This document shows, piece after piece, positions 27,249-33,625 of a stretch of DNA of 33,625 nt. Source of the stretch: a virus (lineage: Duplodnaviria; Caudoviricetes). A program made the translations under genes and the position numbers. The stretch spans positions 1-33,625 of the IMG/VR virus record IMGVR_UViG_3300020388_000036; one strand, 5' to 3'. Positions within the stretch are counted from its first letter, which is position 1; every line of letters begins with the position of its first letter. The notes beneath the pieces are model-generated. The model had not been told where the DNA came from. It did no database searches and was given only the letters and a program-made list of their open reading frames with translations.

Positions 27249-27706
27249 TGATTGATCCAATCTCAGCATTTGCCGCAGTTAAGACAGCACACTCAGTAAT
27301 TATGCAAGGTATTAAAGTAGGTAAAGATTTATCTACTATGTCAGGATATATATCTAAATGGGCAATAGGTGAAGCAAACCTTGATGTTAAAGCAGAGAAA
27401 AAAGGTAGTAGTATATTCGGCAAGTTTAGTAATGTGGAAGCTGAAGCTATAGAAGCACATCTTCGTAAAGAAGAACTTAGAAATATGCGAAATGAATTGC
27501 GAGAAATCTTCTTGCTTTATGGATCAGCAGGTCAATGGGAAAGGTTACAAGCAGAAATTGCATCTGTCCGTGCCAAGAAAAAGAAACAATTAAGAGATAT
27601 GAGAGATGCACAAGAGAAAAGAAAAACTTTAATAATAAGTGTAGTAGCTATTGCAGGTCTATTAGTTTTCATTTATTATGAGTTAAAGATACTAGGTATT
27701 ATATGA
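27248..27706 (+). CDS. Hypothetical coiled-coil membrane-anchored protein
   Basis: MIDPISAFAA start, coiled coil and C-terminal TM helix; next to the lysis genes. Confidence 0.75.
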   Translation: MIDPISAFAAVKTAHSVIMQGIKVGKDLSTMSGYISKWAIGEANLDVKAEKKGSSIFGKFSNVEAEAIEAHLRKEELRNMRNELREIFLLYGSAGQWERLQAEIASVRAKKKKQLRDMRDAQEKRKTLIISVVAIAGLLVFIYYELKILGII

Positions 27707-28113
27707 TTGAAGTTAACTTTGAAGATTTAGATACAATGGCTAGAACAATGTGGGGAGAATGTCGTGGCTGTGATACTGATGGTCAGATTGGTGTAGCTAA
27801 TGTTATTAATAATAGAGTTAATGCTCGTAGATGGTATGGCAATACTCATCAAGAAGTTTGTTTAAAAGATTGGCAGTTTAGTTGTTGGAACGAAGGTGAT
27901 CCTAATAAAGATAAAATGAAAGAGTTAAGTATGGTTGATCCTATATATATAAAAATGCTTGGCATAGCGTTTCTTGTCGTGTCTGGTAAGATTGCAGACA
28001 ATACACAAAACTCTACTCATTATCACACTAAAGCAGTTAAACCTAAATGGTCTTATGATGTACAGCCTGTTTGCGAATATGGTGAACATCTATTTTATAA
28101 TAATGTTATATAG
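27703..28113 (+). CDS. Cell wall hydrolase (SleB/Hydrolase_2 family), probable endolysin
   Basis: ARTMWGECRG, VANVINNRV, QFSCWN, STHYH and GEHLFY motifs. Confidence 0.92.
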   Translation: MIEVNFEDLDTMARTMWGECRGCDTDGQIGVANVINNRVNARRWYGNTHQEVCLKDWQFSCWNEGDPNKDKMKELSMVDPIYIKMLGIAFLVVSGKIADNTQNSTHYHTKAVKPKWSYDVQPVCEYGEHLFYNNVI

Positions 28114-28121
28114 GAGATAGA

Positions 28122-28508
28122 ATGTTACCATTACTTGCACCCATAGCTAAATCAATATTCTCTACTGTAGATAAAGTAATTACATCTAAAGCAGAAAAAG
28201 AAAAAATTAAAGCTGAGTTACAACATAAAATTATTACAGGCGATCTAAAAGAAATAGAGGCCGCCGCTACTGTAATACAATTAGAAGCACAAGGCACTTG
28301 GTTGCAAAGAAGTTGGCGTCCTATAATGATGTTACTCTTTGCAGGATTAATGGTAGCACATTGGTTTGGATTTACAGCACCAAACATTCCTGAGTCCGTG
28401 CAAAATTCACTACTAGATATTATAATGATTGGTGTTGGTGGTTATACTGTTGGGCGTAGTGCTGAGAAAATTGGACAACAATGGCAAAACAAAAACAAAA
28501 AACAATAA
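28122..28508 (+). CDS. Holin (GTA-type 3TM family)
   Basis: EAQGTWLQRSWRP and GVGGYTVGRSAEK motifs with TM segments; adjacent to the endolysin. Confidence 0.85.
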   Translation: MLPLLAPIAKSIFSTVDKVITSKAEKEKIKAELQHKIITGDLKEIEAAATVIQLEAQGTWLQRSWRPIMMLLFAGLMVAHWFGFTAPNIPESVQNSLLDIIMIGVGGYTVGRSAEKIGQQWQNKNKKQ

Positions 28509-28528
28509 TAGATTACTTGGAGGCAAAA

Positions 28529-28660
28529 ATGACAGGCATAGAGAAGGCTAGAAAGGTATGTGGCAAGGTTTGGGGTAAGATTATACTTCAAATTGCAAAG
28601 TACCCTCTGTACTCAGCTATAGGCGTTGTAGGACTAATTTTACTTTTATTCTACCTATAA
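28529..28660 (+). CDS. Small membrane protein, 43 aa (not in ORF track)
   Basis: MTGIEKARKVCGKVWGKIILQIAKYPLYSAIGVVGLILLLFYL*; GGAGG RBS at 28519-28523. Confidence 0.75.
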   Translation: MTGIEKARKVCGKVWGKIILQIAKYPLYSAIGVVGLILLLFYL

Positions 28661-28661
28661 G

Positions 28662-28796
28662 CTAATCATCTTCTAAATAATGTCGGTAATGATACTGATA
28701 TTCTAATGGTACAACTATAATTTTTCCTTTGTGATCTAAGATTGGTACTCCATCTTTGTCAACTATTTCACCTTCATCATTAATCTTGTGTTTCAT
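28662..28796 (-). CDS. Hypothetical protein, 44 aa (not in ORF track)
   Basis: MKHKINDEGEIVDKDGVPILDHKGKIIVVPLEYQYHYRHYLEDD*; overlaps the upstream gene end and fills the gap to the convergence point. Confidence 0.65.
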   Translation of the reverse strand: MKHKINDEGEIVDKDGVPILDHKGKIIVVPLEYQYHYRHYLEDD

Positions 28797-29115
28797 TATC
28801 TGCTTGTTTTAATATATCTATAAATAAAGGCAAGTCTAAACATACCATTGTTGTGCCGTGATCTTTGTGTAGGCACAGCAAGTCAGCACCAGACTTCCAT
28901 CTTTCTAATGTTTTAAATCCTGCGCCGTCTTTTCTTGCTTTTACTTCTACGCTTAGTTTGTGCCAAGGTTCTTGTCTTATTTCTATATCGTAAGGGAAAT
29001 CTGGTATTGCTCCGCTCATTGGTTGTCGTCTTGCTTTGATTCCATTTTTAACAAACTCCTTAACAAGTTTAGCTTCTACTCTATACCCTTTGCTCTTACT
29101 AAATTTACCCATCAT
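28780..29115 (-). CDS. Holliday junction resolvase-like PD-(D/E)XK nuclease
   Basis: SKSKGYRVE...SGA....DI.....VEVKARK pattern; start moved to 29115 (or 29112) behind a GGAGA RBS. Confidence 0.8.
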   Translation of the reverse strand: MMGKFSKSKGYRVEAKLVKEFVKNGIKARRQPMSGAIPDFPYDIEIRQEPWHKLSVEVKARKDGAGFKTLERWKSGADLLCLHKDHGTTMVCLDLPLFIDILKQADNETQD

Positions 29116-29323
29116 TTCTCTCCGTGTCTGATGGCAAATCATCAATGTGCGAATCTGCTCCCACCATATCTTCTTCTGTAGGTACACCCCATATCCTTGC
29201 TAACTTGTCTATTGTTTCTCTACCACCTTGAGATAATCTGTCGTGATCCCAATACAACTCTGCAATTAACTGTTGAGTTCTTTCTTGTTTTAATTTTGTT
29301 ATTGGTTCTATTTTGCTAATCAT
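29105..29323 (-). CDS. Hypothetical protein (72 aa)
   Basis: Overlaps both neighbours; acidic tail. Confidence 0.7.
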   Translation of the reverse strand: MISKIEPITKLKQERTQQLIAELYWDHDRLSQGGRETIDKLARIWGVPTEEDMVGADSHIDDLPSDTERNDG

Positions 29324-29517
29324 TTTATCTCCAAGTTTCTGGCACCAACACCTTTAATTAATTTGTCTTTCTTTACCAACTGCATACAAATTTTGTGTGC
29401 TTGTGAAGGTGAGGCAAAGGTAAGCTGTTCAGCAATCTCTTTATACGAAGGACTAAATCCATACATCATCAAAAAATCTTCTACAAACTTTAAGACTCGT
29501 GCTTCATTTCTTGTCAT
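29320..29517 (-). CDS. LexA-type winged-helix DNA-binding protein (no peptidase domain)
   Basis: VLKFVEDF...GFSPSYKEIA...L.K...ARNLEI. Confidence 0.8.
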   Translation of the reverse strand: MTRNEARVLKFVEDFLMMYGFSPSYKEIAEQLTFASPSQAHKICMQLVKKDKLIKGVGARNLEIK

Positions 29518-29719
29518 AATTATATATCCTTTTATTTATTCTAAAGTCTTTAACTCTAGTACATTTCATTGCTACAATATCCAATGGAGTGTGTAGGTAC
29601 TGCTCCTGCACACTCCACCAAGTAAAGATATCGCACTTGTGTTGCAATGGCAGAGCATACTTAACATATAGTTGTCCGTCAAATGCAATCCACAAAGTTA
29701 CAATAATGTTTTTAAACAT
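29504..29719 (-). CDS. Hypothetical protein (71 aa)
   Basis: TAATG coupling to the ssb stop codon. Confidence 0.6.
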   Translation of the reverse strand: MFKNIIVTLWIAFDGQLYVKYALPLQHKCDIFTWWSVQEQYLHTPLDIVAMKCTRVKDFRINKRIYNYDKK

Positions 29720-30132
29720 TACAATGGAATGTCGTCATCAATGATTTCACCTATGTCAGCCATTGGTTTTGGCTGTTCTATAGGTGCAGACATTGGCACA
29801 CCATCAGACTTAGAATCCATCAACTTCATTTCTGAGTTGAATCTATCTAAATGAATCTCGGCTTTTATTCTCTCTTCACCAGATTCGGTCTGCCATTTTC
29901 TGTATGTAAGTCTACCCTCCAATAAAACTCTGCTACCCTTCTTAGTATATTTAGCTAAGATGTCTGCAATTTTATCGTCCCAAACGACACACTTGTGCCA
30001 TTCGGTTTCTTTCTCGCCTTTCACTACTCTGTTTGTAGCTACTGACAATAAGGCATAGTTAGTACCTGCACCCGTTTGTTTAATTTCGGGATCAGCACCA
30101 AGGTTGCCAATGATTTGAATCTTATTATACAC
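29719..30132 (-). CDS. ssb: Single-stranded DNA-binding protein
   Basis: NKIQIIGNLGADPE, TEWH, KGSRVLLEGRL and C-terminal DDDIPL; probable GTG start at 30132. Confidence 0.95.
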   Translation of the reverse strand: MYNKIQIIGNLGADPEIKQTGAGTNYALLSVATNRVVKGEKETEWHKCVVWDDKIADILAKYTKKGSRVLLEGRLTYRKWQTESGEERIKAEIHLDRFNSEMKLMDSKSDGVPMSAPIEQPKPMADIGEIIDDDIPL

Positions 30133-30715
30133 TTTGTAGTTCCTTTCGTTTAGATTCATATTTAGCTACTGCCATTTGGTACAATCCCGGATTGGACTTC
30201 TTGGCTTTAGCTATGTTTACTTTAGCCATTTCATAATATCCTGTAGCTTGTTTTACTGTTTTGCTACCTTCAATATTAGTAAGAAATGTTTTGATAGCGT
30301 CATCATCTGCAGATCCGATCTTCTGGTCTGTAGTATCAAACTCATCTTCTGAATACACAAAGCCGTGTAATCCAACAAGTTTAAGTATGGCTCTATCTAC
30401 TGCTCTCTTTTCAGCCATTGCATATGGATAAGCAACCTTACTATTTTTAGGACTAGCTTCTCCGTAGGTAATGACTTTCATTTTGTCATTGTGAGCATAG
30501 CATTTAACTACTGCTATACCTTGTGCAGAATTAGTTTCTACTTCTACAATGTCATCAATAACAATACCTGCTTTAGCTCCAACAAGTTCGCAGTATTTAT
30601 GCAACATAATTAGTGTTGCTTTGCCACCTCGTTTGAGTTCCCACAAAGCGTGTTCGGGTTTAAGATCATACTCTGCAAGTATCTTCTTTACCCTTGGTTC
30701 TATATTAGCCATCAT
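30125..30715 (-). CDS. Putative single-strand annealing protein (recombinase)
   Basis: AMAEKRAVDRAILKLVGLHGFVYSEDE motif; lies between the exonuclease and ssb, the usual annealase position. Family not certain. Confidence 0.6.
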   Translation of the reverse strand: MMANIEPRVKKILAEYDLKPEHALWELKRGGKATLIMLHKYCELVGAKAGIVIDDIVEVETNSAQGIAVVKCYAHNDKMKVITYGEASPKNSKVAYPYAMAEKRAVDRAILKLVGLHGFVYSEDEFDTTDQKIGSADDDAIKTFLTNIEGSKTVKQATGYYEMAKVNIAKAKKSNPGLYQMAVAKYESKRKELQSV

Positions 30716-30716
30716 A

Positions 30717-31526
30717 TTAACCTCCTTTGTTTTCTTTGATGGTTAGGTGTCCTGCTTTTGTTCTTGATATCTTGATACCACCACCTTCAGCAAGACGACA
30801 GTTGGCAGGTATTAGTTCTTTCAATACCTTACCAACTGCTCGGTGTTGATCGTATGGAATTTTTGTTTCACGCCAAGTATGTGCATTAGCTACAAACTCA
30901 TTGTTCTTCTCCATATCTATACGAATCATTTCGTTTACTTTTATGTTGTCTGTATAATCGTGTACTATTTTTTCTGCTTTTATATTCTCTGGTTCTTTGT
31001 CTGTCAGTATGTGTTGCTTCCAAAAGGTATCTTCCATTTCGTAAAGCATCTTTATGTATTCATTATCGTATTGTATTTCACACCATTCGTATCTCATATT
31101 ACCAAAAATTACTGAGAGGTACGCTCTATTCATCATTGCAACTTGCATATAATGTTGTAGTTGTGGCATATATTTTCGTATAACATTTTCTAAAGTGTTG
31201 TTGGCATTGGTATGCTTACACTCTAGGACACAAAATTTGTCACTAACATTTGCTATACCATCAAGACTAGCGTGTCGGAATCCATCTGTGAAATCGTGTT
31301 GCACTCTATGTGATAATAGTTTATGTCCTGTTTCCTGCCAAAACCAATGCTTGTTTAATTTCTCTGTAACAATGCCGATCTGAACAGGTAACACCCGATC
31401 CAAGTTAGCAGGTTCTTGACGCCCTGTTTTTTCTAGCCAGAGTGTGTGCCAATCACCTTCCATAATGCGAATTGCATCTGAACCACCAAGTGTTTTAGGT
31501 CGTTCTACTTTTTTCTTTGGTTGCAT
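30717..31526 (-). CDS. YqaJ-like (lambda-exonuclease family) 5'-3' exonuclease
   Basis: LGGSDA, LWLEKTG, ASLDG, LECKHT and YMPQLQHYM motifs. Confidence 0.92.
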   Translation of the reverse strand: MQPKKKVERPKTLGGSDAIRIMEGDWHTLWLEKTGRQEPANLDRVLPVQIGIVTEKLNKHWFWQETGHKLLSHRVQHDFTDGFRHASLDGIANVSDKFCVLECKHTNANNTLENVIRKYMPQLQHYMQVAMMNRAYLSVIFGNMRYEWCEIQYDNEYIKMLYEMEDTFWKQHILTDKEPENIKAEKIVHDYTDNIKVNEMIRIDMEKNNEFVANAHTWRETKIPYDQHRAVGKVLKELIPANCRLAEGGGIKISRTKAGHLTIKENKGG

Positions 31527-31527
31527 A

Positions 31528-31968
31528 TTATACTCCTTTCGTATTTAGTTTATAGCACTTTTGTACTATGTTTGCAAACTTTTTTGTCTTTAAATATGTA
31601 TTTTCTATGAACAACATTCCGTGATCAAATGGTGGTTCATAGATTGCAAGAAAGTCTGCAGGTACAGGCAACCTCCTGTACTTGTAAGTCTTAATTAGTT
31701 CTATTGTATATTGTTCTATAATGCACCTTGGATATTTAGCTAATATATCTTTGTATATTTTTAAACCAAGTTCATTAGGTACATCACACCCAAATGTAGA
31801 GGCACACATTTCTATTGCCGTGCCTATATATTTAGGGTCAGCAGGTTTCATATAATCTTTACAATCTAATAATGCATTGTTTAGTCTATGTAAATTTAAT
31901 AGTGCCGCTTTCTCTGTAGCTACATACTCTTCAACCTTGTCGTTTTTTATCGCCAATAGCAAAGACAT
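31528..31968 (-). CDS. Putative replication accessory protein (helicase-loader-like position)
   Basis: YKDILAKYP...YKYRRLPVPADF pattern; follows the initiator-like gene. Start moved to ATG 31968 to avoid a long overlap. Confidence 0.55.
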   Translation of the reverse strand: MSLLLAIKNDKVEEYVATEKAALLNLHRLNNALLDCKDYMKPADPKYIGTAIEMCASTFGCDVPNELGLKIYKDILAKYPRCIIEQYTIELIKTYKYRRLPVPADFLAIYEPPFDHGMLFIENTYLKTKKFANIVQKCYKLNTKGV

Positions 31969-32410
31969 TATGTATTCGTTCACGGCGTTCTTCAGTACCT
32001 GCGGCGGTCTGAGTTGTATTGGTCGTGAATTTTTTGGCACGGAGTAACCAAGATCGGAAAGCATAGTGCCAATCTGATTTAGTTGTTCCACTTGCCCGAT
32101 AATGGTTGTTAAAGATTTTAAGTTCGTTGTCATAATTATACCTTTCACCAAACTCTTTTACAATCCATTGCTTAGTATCAAAGCTAGGTGTAAATCCCTT
32201 TGGTATTTGTGTTAAGTGAACATTGAGAATGATATTAAAACCAAGTACCTGACACCAATTAAAAAAATTTATAGTGCTTGGTTGTTTCTTACCACATTCC
32301 CATAGTGATACAAGACTATCCGATACACCTAGCTTCTCTGATACTTCTTGAGAAGATAAACCTAAATGTTGTCGGCGTTCTTGCAAATCTTTGATTGCAT
32401 ATTTATACAT
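31931..32410 (-). CDS. XRE-type HTH protein fused to a replication-initiator/DnaT-like C-terminal domain
   Basis: LGLSSQEVSEKLGVSDSLVSLWECGKKQP (HTH_3), then ELKIFNNHY...KSDWHYAFRSWL. Confidence 0.75.
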   Translation of the reverse strand: MYKYAIKDLQERRQHLGLSSQEVSEKLGVSDSLVSLWECGKKQPSTINFFNWCQVLGFNIILNVHLTQIPKGFTPSFDTKQWIVKEFGERYNYDNELKIFNNHYRASGTTKSDWHYAFRSWLLRAKKFTTNTTQTAAGTEERRERIHNVFAIGDKKRQG

Positions 32411-32795
32411 AAGGACTTATCAGAATTTCACATTCGGAATATGATAAATCATCTGCACAACTTTGTCTAACTTCAAGGAACTTTGTGTTCTTAAACTTAG
32501 GTAAAGACAGCAATAGTCTTGCATAAAAAGGTTTGTGATTGTTATTTATTTTAAATTTCTTATCAGTAGTATCTACCATTGTTTCCCAACGAACACGATT
32601 GATAAGCATTTCACTTGATAATCTTTTATGTCCAAGATGAACCATATCTGTAGCAAACGATAGGTACAGATCCCATACTCTTGGGTTGTCTAAATGGAAA
32701 TCAATGAACTCGCAAGTGTTTGGCGACTTACCAAACTTTAAAGTCTTGCGATCAAACTTTAAGTTAACATTATATTTATTCATTTTGTTCTCCAT
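32403..32795 (-). CDS. Conserved phage hypothetical protein
   Basis: FHLDNPRVW...RVRWET...FKINNNHKPFYARL pattern, which I recall from other phages. Confidence 0.75.
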   Translation of the reverse strand: MENKMNKYNVNLKFDRKTLKFGKSPNTCEFIDFHLDNPRVWDLYLSFATDMVHLGHKRLSSEMLINRVRWETMVDTTDKKFKINNNHKPFYARLLLSLPKFKNTKFLEVRQSCADDLSYSECEILISPYV

Positions 32796-32995
32796 ACTCG
32801 CATAGTATTATTATCTTGTTTTCTAAAAGCACATTTCATTTGTCGTATTGAAAATGCTTGGCGAAGTGATTGTTGTACACTTGCTGAGTAGGGTAAAGCA
32901 AATGATTCACCTACTTTCATATTATCTAAACATTCATATTTAGATTTATCTCTTTTATCTGGTATAGGTATACCACTTTCAAATTTAATATCCAT
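32780..32995 (-). CDS. Small putative DNA-binding protein
   Basis: ESGIPIP...KY...MKVGESF...MRVWR pattern; AAAGGAG RBS. Confidence 0.75.
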   Translation of the reverse strand: MDIKFESGIPIPDKRDKSKYECLDNMKVGESFALPYSASVQQSLRQAFSIRQMKCAFRKQDNNTMRVWRTK

Positions 32996-33112
32996 AATAT
33001 ACTCCTTTGTTTTAATGGATTAATTGTGGGCGTTTGCTCATAATTAGGTACGCCCAAACCTAACCAAAACAGGGGACACAAAATTTAGTAAAAATTAACC
33101 CTGTATTTGATA

Positions 33113-33340
33113 CTATAAATATTCAGACCAAAATTCATTCCACATTTCTAATGTTATGGCATTAAATTCTTCGTTGTGTTTAAGTGATGGCTCAATAGAA
33201 CCTTCTGCTCTTGCATTCGGAAAAAGTGGTGATGACATTATAGTTGGTTTGAATGGTCGTACTGCATACCGGAACTCCTGAATAGTTTCAGACTCTCCAA
33301 GTCTTGCAACGACTTCATCAAAGATTTGATCTTCTCGCAT
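33113..33340 (-). CDS. Hypothetical protein (75 aa)
   Basis: AAAGGGA upstream; follows the candidate promoter at 33363-33390. Confidence 0.7.
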   Translation of the reverse strand: MREDQIFDEVVARLGESETIQEFRYAVRPFKPTIMSSPLFPNARAEGSIEPSLKHNEEFNAITLEMWNEFWSEYL

Positions 33341-33350
33341 AATATATCCC

Positions 33351-33625
33351 TTTCGTACTACTATTATACTATTAATATTCTACTATGCAACAAGTTCTTG
33401 CCATTGTTTTGAACCTAATGCTTTAGCTACTTCATCTTCTCTGCGCTTACGAATGGCGTGTCCACGCTCTCCGTCAGTATGAGTAGACCAATAAGTAAGA
33501 GCATTGTATAACGCCCACTTTGTACTACCAAGCGTACGACTTTCACGATCAAAACCTTCAAGTAATGTTTCTGTTCTCGTTACATTGAATGGTATTGAGT
33601 TAGATGAACGCTTGAATGTTTTAGC
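33351..33625 (+). repeat. Terminal direct repeat, copy 2 (contains the 3' end of a variant DUF932-like allele)
   Basis: Matches 1-275 with 12 substitutions. Confidence 0.97.

Noticed and set aside
3511-28660. Alternative genetic code or stop-codon recoding
   Set aside because: All core genes are full length in the standard code, and TAA, TAG and TGA are all used as stops.
31969-32151. N-terminal extension of the 207-aa ORF as a long overlapping gene
   Set aside because: It lies wholly within the HTH gene in another frame; the internal ATG at 31968 gives a normal short overlap.

Overview
This window is an essentially complete, AT-rich (roughly one-third GC by eye) podovirus-type phage genome of about 33.35 kb. 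Bases 1-275 recur imperfectly at 33351-33625. Gene content resembles marine HTVC010P-type phages of alphaproteobacteria; this is recognised from memory, not from a search. The + strand block (3511-28660) encodes TerS, a cluster of very basic small proteins with an HNH protein, TerL, portal, scaffold, a GNAT-like protein, major capsid, tail tubular A/B, three ejection-type proteins, a tail fibre, an RCC1-repeat spike, a SleB-type endolysin and a holin. The - strand block (28662-33340, continuing into 33-2637) encodes a resolvase-like nuclease, SSB, a putative annealase, a YqaJ exonuclease, replication/HTH proteins, a DUF932-like protein and orphans. I recognise no DNA or RNA polymerase, primase, helicase or integrase. 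The standout feature lies between the two blocks: an imperfect inverted repeat spanning about 1.37 kb (about 2087-2786 vs 2828-3459). Its left arm is one whole transcription unit (upstream region, RBS, orphan 164-aa gene, terminator). Its right arm is a non-coding, indel-rich mirror of that same unit. Mismatches favour G-T/G-U pairing on the + strand, which is the template strand of the gene, and a -10-like hexamer is unpaired in the fold. I hypothesise a gene-sized fold-back of single-stranded DNA (or RNA) near the probable leading end of the genome.
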